A DNA stretch of 62,693 nucleotides, filler included, from Catajapyx aquilonaris (Eukaryota): the NCBI GenBank assembly GCA_000934665.2. It is 3 parts of 3 records of this genome, joined end to end, with 100 filler letters (N's around TTAATTAATTAA, not from the genome) between each part and the next. Parts side by side here need not be neighbours in the genome. Positions count along the whole stretch, not along the records: positions 41,866 to 62,693 come from KZ539492.1; 2 more parts are not named here. One strand, given 5' to 3'. A program made the position numbers and the translations under genes. Positions 50,293 to 62,693 of the stretch are shown here, piece by piece. The stretch's first letter is position 1; every line of letters begins with the position of its first letter. Below the pieces are notes generated by a model. That model did no database searches and had not been told where the DNA came from. It saw only the letters and a program-made list of their open reading frames with translations.

Positions 50293-50727
50293 GTATGTAC
50301 AGGTCCGGGCAGTTCCGGTAGTGTGAAAGCGGGTGCCTATGTATGCATCGTAAACATTTGATTTTATGTCGCGAATGTTGTGATGGCTCATTTCGCACGC
50401 ATAGTCAAGGACAAGTTTTGAGAATGCCTTTTTTTTTGTGGGTCCTGAGAAATTCCCAATGGTGTCATCCACATGTCAGTGACAGGGAAAAATATTTACT
50501 ACCACGTTATGCCAATAAGAAATAGAAGGGGATCAGTATCAGAGAACACAATTTTTTTGAAAATGAGTTTCTGATTGGGCTGAATTCTTGCTCTGGCATT
50601 TTGCCTCTACTTGATCTCAGTTTGATCATATGACATCCCTGTCATCACTACTATTCCCAGAACTATTTTGAGAAAGATTGACAGAATTAAAATTGAGTGT
50701 ATCATTTGTATAACTTTTGTGCTTATA

Positions 50728-51280
50728 CAGGGTGATTCTCCCAAATGGAAACCCAAACATTCCTCAATAACTTTTTAACTATGGTATCATTGGTATGGTT
50801 CCCGATGAAAATGGACTTGTACTTACCTTGTATCATGCCAAACAAGGTCTGACTAAAGAATATACCAAAAGTGGTCCCCTCCAGCATCCAAGAATTTTTT
50901 AATCTGAGTCTGCATATTGCTGAAGACTCCTGCAGATTGGTGGCGGGGATCGCATCAATCGACGCTCGCCACTCGCCGGCGTAAGGCCCATCATACCCCA
51001 AAACGAACTGGACTGTTGCCTTGCGATGGCCTCTCGCCAAGCAGGCAGGCGGGCCAGAGATTGAGCCATGCCCACCACCAATCTGCAGGAGTCTTCGGCA
51101 ATATGCAGACTCACATTAAAAAATTCTTGGATGCTGGAGGGGCACACTTTTGGTATATTCTTTAGTCAGACCTTGTTGGCATGATACAAGGTATGTACAT
51201 GTCAATTTTCCTCGGGAACCTTACCATAGTTCAAAAGTTATTGAGGAATGTTTGGGTTTCCATTCGGGAGAATCACCCTG
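50728..51280. mobile_element. Tc1/mariner-type MITE in predicted TEFM intron 1
   Basis: TA|CAGGGTGATTCTCCC...GGGAGAATCACCCTG|TA with ~215-bp TIRs. Confidence 0.88.
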
Positions 51281-51492
51281 TATTATACACCCTAGTCTGG
51301 TCAGTGGAGGGGGATACCTTATTCAAAGGAAAATTTGTGGTTTACATCTTACTTTTTAGATATGTTCCTATGGCCAAGTACACTGGAATGAAAATGTTCA
51401 CTATAAGTGCATATTTTTTATTGCATATTGGTGGGCTATTTAGGCTTATTTATAACATTTTCTCTCCTGACTTCATTTTTTCTCCTTTTCAG

Positions 51493-51564
51493 AATGTAGC
51501 CTTTATCCACACTACAACATGGCTGGTCCAAAAGCGAAGTTACTCAGCTTTGCCTTGCTTAGTG
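51493..51564 (+). CDS. TEFM: Putative TEFM exon 2 (mitochondrial presequence part)
   Basis: Strong acceptor ttttttctccttttcag. NVAFIHTTTWLVQKRSYSALPCLV has no acidic residues and an R-S-Y-S motif. Donor is either GT at 51562 or GC at 51565, both phase 0. Confidence 0.55.
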
Positions 51565-52208
51565 GCAAGCACCTTATAAATGGAAGTCACAAAAATATTA
51601 CACATTTACTTGCACAAGTATGTTTCATTCTATAACATTAAATGATAAATGATATCATATTAAATGAGCTAGATGGGGAAAATGTTACAATATTGTAATA
51701 TATGAGGCAGGCAGAACAAAAGTGGCCGAAGTCCAAAATAATAAAGCCCCGAAAATTGACCTGAAATGCTCCATGGCGTAGGGAACTTTCGTTGGAGCAT
51801 AAATAAGATTATGCCATCTACTGCCCAAATGTCCAACGTAGGACTTACTCCAATTTTGTTCCAACTGGGAGTAGTCTTCTGAGTGTAATGGTGGTCGTAT
51901 ATTGAAATGGTAAAAATGGACTTGGGCCACTTTTGTTCCAGCGCCTCAAATTGACCTTGTTTTTTCCGGGATCCGGGATTGCGGAGTCTCTTTAAGTTCG
52001 CTACCGTCACCATAAGGCTAGGCTGGGAGTTGCAGCGGGCTGGTAGAGAGCAACCTTTTCCAAAGTGACTTGTTCCAAAGTGATCATTATGATTTAATGA
52101 CTATAACCCTGTTGTACACCAAGAACTGCATGTACAGGTTAAGAATCCTTTATGTGAAATTCCAAAAAAAATTTGAGTGCTGACTGACGCATCACAAATG
52201 GAAATTCC

Positions 52209-52428
52209 GGGGGAGGTGTGGTGGCCGAGATGGTAATGTCTCGGCTTGCTGTGTGAAAGGCCCCAGGTTCGATCCCCGCCTGGGGAACTTTCCCTTCACC
52301 TGCGTCAGGAGGGTCTCTGACCTGCACCAAGGAGGTGTCTGGCAACCTAACCTCCTGGGGAACAGCACATGACCCATAGCTACGACATTGCACCATGCAC
52401 CCATGTTCCCTCCCACGGAAAAAAAAAA
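52209..52428 (+). mobile_element. tRNA-derived SINE (third family)
   Basis: A-box TGGCCGAGATGG and B-box GGTTCGATCCC, poly-A tail, and flanking AAATG(G)AAATTCC duplication. Confidence 0.8.
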
Positions 52429-52654
52429 TGAAATTCCATATGAGCATACCATCACTAGCAACACATTTTAATGCAAAGTGCATGTGCAACATGTTGTCAT
52501 ATGCTGTAAGGTACAATTGGCATCATGTTTGGTACGTTAGTATAGCTGCTTATGGTGTGGTGAAATTTATTGTGCCTTGGAGGCCAATTATATTATTTAT
52601 TTCATTTCATATTTCTAATGCCATATAAAATTTCATTTTCTCTGCCATTCACAG

Positions 52655-53035
52655 ACTAAGTTGGAGATTCACAGAAGATTCTGCACTGCTGTGAAGAAAA
52701 ACAGGCTCAAAGTGGGTAGGAAATATCTCTCACTGAAAAAATGGCCTTTCACTGAAGAAGAACAGGATCAAGTGTTGCTGGTGTTGAATTCAGCCAGTGT
52801 AAACAATCTACAGGAGTATGGATTGACCCAGGGGAAGGCTATTACCTTGGAGCAGCACAGAGCACAGCAGGGACCTTTTCAGCACCTCAATAATCTTCTG
52901 GAAGTGGCTGGTATTGGAGTCCGGAATGCAGAAAAACTCTGCAACAATATCCTTCATGGCGTGAAAAGAAGCACCAAACACACGGTTCGAAACACCAATG
53001 GAATGGCACCAGCTTTAAGTGAAGGACAAGTGAAG
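52655..53035 (+). CDS. TEFM: Mitochondrial transcription elongation factor TEFM, HhH-domain exon
   Basis: FTEEEQDQVLLVLNSAS...HRAQQGPFQHLNNLLEVAGIG forms a tandem helix-hairpin-helix domain. Acceptor ccattcacag and donor AAG|GTAATA, phase 0. Confidence 0.9.
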
Positions 53036-53148
53036 GTAATATGCAGGCCAGTTACAATTGATTTCAATTTTAAACTTTTTGCATTCATTGAAAAGTGGAC
53101 TGATCTTGTGAAAAACTTGTTGATTCAGTGCAAGTCTTGGCTTTACAG

Positions 53149-53295
53149 ATGGTTCAGCATGCAGTGGGGATTCAAATAACACTTCGTACAGTTTGCTGGG
53201 CCAGAGTCAGCCGAGATGGTAGTTTGTGCAACTGGGACTCCTACCCTTGGCCATTAGCAACCCGAAGACTGCCCTTAGCACATGTATATGAAATG
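53149..53295 (+). CDS. TEFM: TEFM exon, start of resolvase-like domain
   Basis: Acceptor ctttacag, MVQHAVGIQITLRTVCWARV...W..., donor ATG|GTAGTT, phase 0/0. Confidence 0.85.
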
Positions 53296-53377
53296 GTAGT
53301 TAACATTGCAAGAGAGTAAATATTGGCAACTCTTTTATTAGGATGCATCTAATGTGTGATCAAATATCTCTTCTTAG

Positions 53378-53854
53378 GTTAATGAATTTGTAGACAAACT
53401 GCCACACGGGGATGCATATATAATGGAAGAATCGTCACACATTCCACCACAGCTCCCTTGTGCAGCTTATCAAATACAACTGGCTCAAGCAAAGGCTGCA
53501 ACAATGGTGCTTTTGCATAAGCGGCAGGATTTAAGCAGCACAAGTGGTCCTCATGTTGTCACCATGAAGCCATCCATGGTTGCTAGGATGTTTGGTACAA
53601 AGATTGGAATGGAACGAGTGTCTGGACAATCAGTGACAGAAGACTTGCTGAGTGGTGTACAGCAGTGCAAAGCAGTTGGAAAACTTACAGTGGATGATGG
53701 GATTCGGGAAGTGTACAAGTCCCAGCTACCGCAAGTGAAGGAAATAATGTGCCAATCACTTTTCTTAGCCTTAACATTCTGGCAAAGCAGCTTAATGGCT
53801 CGGAATTTCATCACAAAAAATAGTCAGATTGATATCCCCTTCAAATTAAAGTAA
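53378..53854 (+). CDS. TEFM: TEFM terminal exon
   Basis: Acceptor ctcttcttag. KLPHGDAYIMEE...VARMFGTKIGMERVSG...KEIMCQSLFLALTF resembles the TEFM C-terminal RuvC-like domain. Stop at 53852-53854. The five-exon model gives 373 aa. Confidence 0.9.
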   Translation, partial: VNEFVDKLPHGDAYIMEESSHIPPQLPCAAYQIQLAQAKAATMVLLHKRQDLSSTSGPHVVTMKPSMVARMFGTKIGMERVSGQSVTEDLLSGVQQCKAVGKLTVDDGIREVYKSQLPQVKEIMCQSLFLALTFWQSSLMARNFITKNSQIDIPFKLK

Positions 53855-53874
53855 GCCATGTGGGTAAGGTTGCA

Positions 53875-53880
53875 AATAAA
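53875..53880 (+). promoter_or_regulatory. Candidate polyadenylation signal for TEFM
   Basis: AATAAA 20 nt after the stop codon. Confidence 0.5.
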
Positions 53881-56871
53881 TGCAGGATGAAATTTACAGA
53901 TGGGTTTCACCTTCCCATGTGCCACATTTAACTACCACAAAATCAGCATGGTGACAGTATTGGATGGAATGTGTGACAGCCTCACAGAGGAAAGTGCACC
54001 CAGAATGGCAGAAATGTATAAGGAACAACAGGCAGTATTCTAATAACTGACTGCTACATTATGCATCAATTGTTGTTGTTGCAGGTGGTGCATGGTGACA
54101 ATTCTGTGTTGCTGATAACAAATAAAGAATTGGTTGAACTGTCAATAAGGCTAGCCACATCTTTTGTAACTGATTAGGGAAGGTCGCGCATTGTAAATGG
54201 AGTTGCTGAATGAAACTTGGTACAATAATAGAGGCAGGTAAGTTATTCACCAAAATGCAATATGTTTCTCCAGTGCGTGTGCTACAAGGTCAGAAGTTAT
54301 GACCTCTCAAAGTCAGCCCAGACAGCTTACCTAAAGAGAGAAGTTTGAGAGATCGCACTCAAAAAAGCAGACATTTTATTACATCATTGGAAAGGGCTAA
54401 TTATGCAGATTACAAGGAGCTATACAGGAACTGCTAGATCGCAGCTGTTTTTGAGATAATCACTTCCAAAGCTAAGTTATTCGAAACAATAAAACTGATT
54501 TCTTCTCAAATTAAGTGCTTTATCAGTTAGAGGTGCTCCACACCTTATACTGTTGAAAAACTTAGAAAATGCTATAACCAGTGTCAAAAATTAGTTTCCC
54601 TAATTTTTTGGAATTGGGAAGCACAAAGCATTAATTTGCAGATGAATTATTTCTGTGGGAGCTGAATAGTGTCGCAGTGTTCAGTTGACATGTTCCTGCC
54701 ATCCTGGTCAATGGGGACTTGCCACCTTCTGTACCTGGCGATGGGGGTCGCGGGAGAAACGCAAACCCCACCACCACGATAAGGTTACGATACCATGGAA
54801 GGGGGGGGGGGGGGGGGGGGNGGGGGTGTCGGTTGGGGAGATCGTATTTCACACTATACTGTTCCTATGCACTTGGATGAAACTAGGATCTCATTGTGTG
54901 TGGGAAAAGGAGGTTGGGAGTACTGCAAATTCCTTTTTTCAACGCATTTAAGCCACATTATTTTGTTGGTCCCTAAGTTACACTGAAGGTGTCAAATTTC
55001 ACTGCACATTTCATTTTATGGTCTCCTCCAGGTTAACACAAACCTGTGCACAAGCATAAAATGGATCTCACAGGAAAACCCAGATCTTCTGGTAACAATT
55101 ATTTAACCATGAAAGTAGGTGATTCTGATTTTTCCCAATGTGCATATGCATGCACAATGGTAATTAAGTTCTTAAGATGGCATTTGCTGTAGATGTTCCA
55201 GAAAATTGTGGTTGTGTGTCACTTCCCTCTACAAAGATAGGATCAGTTAGAATACATGAAACCGACATTTTCAATCCCACTGTTGATGAACCTGAAGAAT
55301 TTTTCTGCAGTAAAATAGTTCCCCTACATCCTAGATCTGTTGTGGAATGGTTTTACTGGATAATCTTCACCAAGTCACAAATAAATGCATGATTTTGGAA
55401 GGATTAAAATACTATGGTCTTCAGATGTTGAATGAAGAGATTGCCAAGGTACTTTCACTTTGACTTTTATTATTATTGCATGATCATAAACTGCACATTG
55501 TAATGGGAACAGTCTGCACTGGTATCATGAGTCACTCAATCTAACAATAACAGCCCAAGATCCATCAGTAACAGGCAGTGCAACATTTTTCATTTGAGAT
55601 TTTCAAGCAAAGGGTAGCATACCCTTGAGACTGTTCAAATACTTGCAAGTTCCTGGCAATAAGACAAATTAGTGACAAGCTGCTTGAGCAATCAAGATGT
55701 GTTAACGATGTAATTTGTTATTGAACTTCAGTCAGCAGTCACTTAACACCAGAAGAAACTCACCTTCAGGAGAATTTTAATGTTCATTTTAAAATTATCT
55801 GAATGGACAACACTGACTGCCTACTTTTACTTACTGCCAGTAACAAGCATGTACAGCAGGACATGTTATACACACTTGAATAGAATAAAATGTGATTCAT
55901 ACTATACAATATGTCAGGGGTTCTAAGGATGATGCAGGGATTGTTGTTGTACAGTGCATCTTTGATAAAGCCTACTTTAAACAACATCACTTTACACATC
56001 AGCATTTTTCAAAGCTCCTGCAGCCAGGTTTCAAGTGTTTCACTTGCATATAATGCTTAGAAAAAAGAAAATTCCACTCATTACACATCATGGCAGTTAG
56101 AAAAGTTCAGTTTTGACTGTTGTGAAGCTATCTGTGACCCGCCACGTGCCTATAGCAGCAGCCTTTAAATGCCAACAACTTTTGTTATTTTGACAATTTA
56201 GTCTTTAGTGAATACTGTTGTCTTGGGCATCCCCCCCCCCCCCCCACTAGCTAATCNACTAGCTAATCTTGCTTGACTAGCAAGCAAATCTGCAGGTGTC
56301 AGGTTGTGGACCACATGTTCAAGAACACTTATGTAATGCAGCTTCACATATTGCAACAACATTATTTACTGACACAAGACGATTTCAAAGTTATTGTGAG
56401 GAAGGATGCTGATATTCTTAAATCCTTTCCACTTGACTATTGAAGCATGCTTGAGCAAAATCATGATCTTTCAGGTGCACAGACCTTATAATTGAACAAT
56501 TCCAACAAAAATATATTCTGAAACCCACAAAACTGATCCTGTCTGAACACCTTTGGGTGCAATGAAAAGCACTCTTGGTACAGGATGGAGAGCCATAAGA
56601 CATTTGCTGCTTCATGGCTCACTTTGCGCAAGGGTCTAAGTAAAATTTAAATGACAAGTACTACAGCAGGTAATTTTTACAACACAAGTATGGTGTTACA
56701 CAATGAAGCCTCAACAAAACTGGAACACGGTAAGTACCATAAGAGAAACTGCAGACTAAGCTCCATTTGAGATAAGATTAGCCACTGTGTGAATCATTTT
56801 GAAAGGGAGCATTTTATTTTTACCAAGAAGCTGTTTCACACATGAAATTGTGGTGAACCATATAAGGTGTG

Positions 56872-57768
56872 ATCAATGATTTCTGGGAATGATTTCTTCT
56901 TGACAAAACTATAGTGTATACATAATATTAAATAAGTAACAGAAGGCATCCCATTCAAAATTGACTTCTTGAGTGCAAGTACACCTGCCAGTCTCTCTTC
57001 CATTATCTGAAGCAATTTTGCTAGCCCTGCGATACTCCTTCCAGCCCTATGCCATTGAAACTATCCCCTTCAGTGTATATTTAATTTATGAGGACAAGTG
57101 TAAATGTCAAGGTGTAAAAGTCACTCAGTGAGGCATACTGGAACATGTGCATTTGTTGAACCCGAAATTATGTTTCACAGGGAATATTGTAATAGAACAA
57201 AAACCAGTTTCTACTTGCTCATTTTTAGGCAGATTTTGTTGCATGGCATCTGGAAGATCACAAGCCCCTTGAAATTTCTCAGAGATTTTTAAAATTACAT
57301 CTGCGGTACAGGACAAGAGATTCAATAGTGTACAGATTGTGCATGCCAAAAGACAAAATGAGGCTTGAGGGGTGACTATCGTAAGTGCTTCTGATGATGG
57401 ACGTGACACTTGAAAATGGTTAATTTTTATTTTTTAAGCATATTGATGGAGACAGACTGGGTCATGAGCTCCAACTAGTTCGTGTAAAATTAGCAATGTC
57501 TCTATCCCAATGTAAAATTATGTTATCGCACAGCCGAGTACACCAGCATTATGATATCTGTCATGGTATGTTCAAGTTGAAGCCCCAGCTCCACCAGTTT
57601 TACGCAGAGCATTTCATTGCAGCTCTGACCAAGTCTGCCATCATCATTATGCTCATGACTGTATATTGGCCCTGAATGAGTTCATTTTAAAAGCAATACC
57701 TTCTGTTAGCCTGCATGTGCAACAATTCTTTTCATTAAAAGTCAATCACAGAACTTGATCACATTGTA
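56872..57768 (+). mobile_element. Highly decayed mariner relic
   Basis: Weak TIR-like ends (TAAGGTGTGATCAA / TTGATCACATTG|TA). IMFHREY...FYL resembles the mariner IVHHEF...FY segment. Confidence 0.35.
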
Positions 57769-58399
57769 TGCTGCCATTACACCACTTCATATTTTTTCAG
57801 CACTGAATGCCACCTAGCCCCAGGCCCACCTGCATGTGACATGAGGGAAGGGAAAGGCAAGGGCATGAAAGGGTGGATTGGGGAGGGGGGGGGGGGGAGG
57901 GGGGGACCCGTGCATATCCAGGTTGCAAGTAGGGTAGGCAGATGCTTACTTCCAGCATTACAATGCTGTTTTATCAGGGCTACAGGCTAAATACCCAAGT
58001 TCCCAATTGCTGTCACGTGTTATTCAGCTTCGCAACTTTGCATTTCTGTTTGGTTTTATTCCAGAGTATTGAATTTAATCCAATGGAGTAATTTTTATAA
58101 ATCTATGAGGGATGTCATGAAAGCCAGAATGTAAATTTCAAACTTATGAGCATTTATATGGTGATGAGCTATGTGGGTTTGGAGCTCAGCACAAAACTTG
58201 AGTGACAACAAATACATCTGTCTCCTTCCAAACCATTATCGTCCCCAAGCAGGTGAAACACAAGCACACTGCATGCAAAAGTTCTTATTCATTGCTCTTA
58301 CTTCATTAGAGTCACTTAATGTGGTCCTCAAAGTTACGCCCAACCTTGTGCCACCAATGGGACAGTCACTGAATAAGCACTCATAAGCTTTTCAGTGGT

Positions 58400-58650
58400 G
58401 GTTGCCATTCTCTCGAGATCATGATACTGTTTTGTGCAGGTCAAATAAGTTTGTGAAATGTTTGCTACCCATTAATGCTTCATTTCTGGAAAGAAGTCAA
58501 AGCCACAAGGACTCTGCTAGGGCATATGTGACGCTCTTGTTGAGCCACGCAACACCTAGTTCATCACTCTAAAAGCTCACATGTTCAAATTTTAAAATAT
58601 GGGACACATCTGTTGTGGAAATCCTTGTGTATCACCTTCCTAAATTGCCT
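58400..58650 (-). mobile_element. Decayed mariner transposase C-terminal fragment
   Basis: Minus strand reads SPCGFDFFPEMK...KHF, resembling the segment after the mariner YSPDL motif (PCDFxxFPxxK). Confidence 0.4.
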
Positions 58651-60022
58651 GCGGTAATGCTTGCATGTTAAAAGAAAAATAATTTCATATTAAGACTGGA
58701 TTCTTGGAAATTTTATGCAACATCATAAAGGATGAACACAAAAAATGGATATATATTGCAATCAAAAAATTAATTTGTTCAGTTGCTTATAACAAATAAT
58801 TTGCTAGTGCCAAGTTGTTATCTGTGGCACACTTGCAGAACCAACATGGCCTCTGATTGCTCAGGCCAACCACCCATCAGCTAGCAACCAATAGCCCAAG
58901 CAGGAGATCAACAGTTGACCATGTAAAGGTTCAAATAATTTGCCATAAAACTCATATTTCAGCATCCCTGGAGATGCAAGTGCACTGCAAATTATTACTT
59001 ATCAGTATTAAATGCTTGCTCTGCTATTAGTCACTTTTTGTAGCATTTCCACAAGTCATCATCATTCTTCAGGCAAAGTTGCAGAGATAACACTTCAAAA
59101 AAATGTCCTCACAGAAAACCTCCCACACAAGTGTTATGGCAGGGGATGGCTGCTTAAGGATAGGATAGCCAAAGTACCTTTTTGTGATGAATCCAAACTC
59201 AATTCTGCACAGATTCTAAAAGCTTCAAATTGCAATGTAGTGGAACATTTGCAATGCCCTGGCTCAAGACCAATCATGAACTGTCTAGGTAACAATAGCC
59301 TTCACTAGTGGGATAGTTCCAACACTGCTGGTCCACCCGTGAGTGATGCATATATCAATACTTCACAAAGTGCATTCACATATGCCAGTTTTGGAGTATC
59401 AAATAAACAATTATTATCTCAAAACACAAAAGCAAACAGGATATATAGTAAAAAACTGGGGGTTGACAGAGGTCAGGGATATCACCTACATCACTACATG
59501 TTGAACAGAGAACTTCATAAAAGCAAAAAATGTTACATTAATCAAATTACAAAACAAAACCTTCACTCTTGCACACAGTAAAATAATTATTCTACCGAAA
59601 ACTACATTCAATAAATTCTAGTTGTATGAGAATTGATGAAATCACAAAAATGAGATTCAAGGATGCAAAAATTCCAAAAGTTTCTTGAAAACCTATTCAA
59701 CTACATCCACAGTAGATCAATGACCTTAGGATCATCCTCAGATGTGCATGTATGCTTTAGCATATGTAATCAACAATAAATCCCTCATATGTTCAGTGCA
59801 ACTTGTGAAATTTAGCATTTGCCTACGTAAAATGGTGAACTGGCCACAAATTTGTATTATTTTCTCAAGCTGCTTTATGCTTATGCAATGCCCAGTTCAA
59901 CTGGCCTGACCTGAACAATATCAACAGGTATCACACTAAGGAGGAACTCAGACTACAACATGCCAAGATTAGATTCAGCATATTATACCTCACACTGCCT
60001 CATACCATGCTGTGAACTATTA

Positions 60023-60423
60023 GGCCCTTGCCACACTAGGCAAAATCTTCGCAACGGAATTTCCGGCGAGGTCCGCTCAAAAATGTCAAACACATGGAAG
60101 TAAACAGGATTCCATCGGGATGAGACACACACGACGGTTTTTCTGTCGTTCCGTCGAGCACGAGCGGAAGACACAGCGGAAAAAATTGGCTCAGTGTTCC
60201 ATCGGGGACAATAATCCCACTACAATACATTGATTCCGTCGGGGGAATGCCACACTACCGACGGAAAATGTGGGTTCGCTGGCATGGAAACCAGGGGGAT
60301 TGGTAGCTGAAAGGGCTGCAAGGCGGCAGCACGGTCGACGAAAATTCTGAGTGACAAAACGTTGCAAAATCAATCCGCGACGAAATTTCCGTCGCAGAGA
60401 TTCCGCCTAGTGTGGCCAGACCC
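60023..60423. mobile_element. PIF/Harbinger-like MITE
   Basis: TTA duplication and imperfect TIR GGCCCTTGCCACACTAGGC / GCCTAGTGTGGCCAGACCC. Confidence 0.78.
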
Positions 60424-61133
60424 TTACTCAGAAACTTTTTTAAAAGTATGCATGATTTGTATCATTTCCAAAATGACGATTTCAGATTATAGATGTAGCC
60501 TGCCAAAATTCCTTTCCTGTGCCAAGCTTGTGTACAGCTTCAAAATTCACATATTAACTTTGCCAAACACACCTAAAATTAGAATGCACAATACTCATGT
60601 CAATATTCCATGCCTGTTTTAAAAGTTAACCACAGGCTACTGCCACAATATTTAAGGTCTGGTACTCAAAGTCACATTATATGAATGTCATGAAGCAACA
60701 ATAGTAGCCGCTCATTATGAAAGTCAGTCCAAGAATCAACCCTCATCAATTCAATACCCCAAATCCACTTCAATAAAATCTTAGTCATACCATCTTGGTT
60801 GAGTAGTCTTATTCTATATCATCCATTATTTGTATGTAAGTGTTTTGAAACGTTTTCATAACTGTTCACCTAAGGCTCACCCATTTGGATATACACAGTA
60901 CTCCCAATCATCCATGCTAATGAATGCATGGGCATGCCTGGATAATCAGAAAACACAGAAAATCCAAACGATGTCCTAGATGCCATAAAAATGAGTTATT
61001 CAGCGGTTTTTAATGAACTGCTGTACATAGTGTATGCTGCTTTAAATAAGGTTTAATCAAAAGAATAAAATTTGCCATAGATTTTTAGTTTCACTTCTCG
61101 ATAAGTCTGCTATATTTCATTGCTTGCGATATA

Positions 61134-61731
61134 CAGGGTGTTTCAGAGTCACCGGTCAAGCGCGCGCTAGGGGGTGGCAAAAAAATTGTAGGTGGCGACA
61201 ACCTGGTTGGTTTTATAAAACGATTACAAATACGGCAGTAATCAATTTATTTATTACGGCTGTACGGCGTGACGTCACATCCTATTTCTGTTTGAACTGA
61301 GTGGCGCGGAGTGGCAAATGCAAGGCAAATGCATTAGGTTGGGTTAAACGGGTTTTTTGCCTTGCGGGTTGCACTGAAAAAGGCGCTCTCCTGCTACACC
61401 GGCAGGGTACTGAACACACCACTGTGCAGTAGTACACTACGTTGTACAGTACCCTGCCAGTGTAGCATGAGAGCACCTTTTCCAGTGCAACCCGCAAGGC
61501 TAAAAACTCGTTCAAACAGGTTCCACCCAATGCATTTGCCTTGCATTTGCCACTCCACGCCACTCAGTTCGAATAGAAAGTAGGATGTGACGTCACGCCG
61601 CACAGCCGTAATAAATAAATTGATTACTGACGTATTTCTCATTGTTTTATCAAACCAACCCGGGTAGTCGCCACCTACAATTTTTCCCCACCCCCTCGCG
61701 CGCACTTGACCCGTGACTCTGAAACACCCTG
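61134..61731. mobile_element. Near-fully palindromic Tc1/mariner-type MITE nested in an older Tigger-like relic (about 60895-61822)
   Basis: TA|CAGGGTGTTTCAGAGTCAC...GTGACTCTGAAACACCCTG|TA; arms pair almost to the centre near 61430. Confidence 0.88.
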
Positions 61732-62693
61732 TATATTGACATTCTTTCGGACTTTCATTTCTAACTTTTGTTTTTGGCGATGCATGGATAATCTGCACCC
61801 GGATAACCCAGAGCATAGTGTAATGGTACAATTCAAATGGATCTTCTTCTCTGAGCCTACTTACAGCATGCACAATTTGACAAAAAAGTACTGGATTAGC
61901 ATAATTCCCAAGCTCTCAGAATCACGTATTTTAAAGTAACAGTTCATATAAAGGAAGTTTGCGAGAGTGAAATCCCCCACCCAACTCAAGTCAATACTCA
62001 AGTCATACAGTCTTCATCACTTTGCTGCCATAAATCCTCTAAAATATTATACAAATGTCATTTTTTCCTCCTGTTTATGGAGAGGTATCACAATCTTGTA
62101 TGTAGCACCTCAAGCTCTTTTAACAATTTATAAATGAATTATAATATAATTAACATTGTGTGTGATGTATCTTCTTTTAACTCTTCATGGTGTTAATTTA
62201 ATTTCTTTGGGGCTGTATTTTCAGAAAGAAATATTTTGTTACAGTGGAACTGAATATGCAGTGCATATCATGACCCAGAGGCCTCTTTGCTGTCATAATA
62301 TTTGTGAATGATTCCTTCCAAAACAGTCCTTGGGATCTACTGTAGGTATTGGCAAGAAAATATTACACTGGTCCTGAATGAATGCACAGCAACCTAATCT
62401 TGACTTGACACTATTTATATGTAAATACAGTGTAAACGAAATAAGCATTTTATGCAGAATTATAGAGTGACTCGAAAGAAACCTTTTTTGCCAATACACT
62501 TGGTGCCCCCGACGCATCGTTAAGTCAGAAAAGCAGGGTTTGCTAAGCATCATACAAACACGTCATACCCTCAGTAACCATGGTAATACCATGGTTACCA
62601 TGCTACTACACCAGTTGTTCCATCAGCCAATGATGTCACAAACACGTCAAACTGTGACAACCATAGTGACCACCACGGTAACCAAACTACAGC

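Overview
Eukaryotic, metazoan genomic DNA, probably from an arthropod or other invertebrate, and very rich in transposons. The window is not continuous. It is three contigs of almost equal length (1-20851, 20952-41765, 41866-62693; 20,851, 20,814 and 20,828 bp) joined by identical 100-bp artificial spacers (44 N + TTAATTAATTAA + 44 N). Repeat families shared between the contigs indicate one genome. Contig 1 holds the terminal coding exon of huntingtin (minus strand), a LINE disrupted by two TTAA-targeting Kolobok-like insertions (one carrying a THAP gene remnant), and deeply nested hAT, Harbinger, Transib-like, SINE and Helitron elements. Contig 2 holds the first three coding exons of CAPS/CADPS (unc-31 family, minus strand). 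Contig 3 holds an intron-containing tRNA-Tyr(GTA), an apparently complete TEFM gene (plus strand), mariner remnants and many MITEs. I found no prokaryotic system or CRISPR array, and nothing I can call a proven new system. The best leads are unusual transposon architectures: a symmetric-ended THAP-carrying Kolobok, a foldback element with RSS-like ends, a CAAG...CTTG element with a TAA duplication, and a head-to-tail Helitron junction. A long hairpin just after the huntingtin stop codon is also worth checking. All family assignments come from reading motifs by eye; no database search was run.
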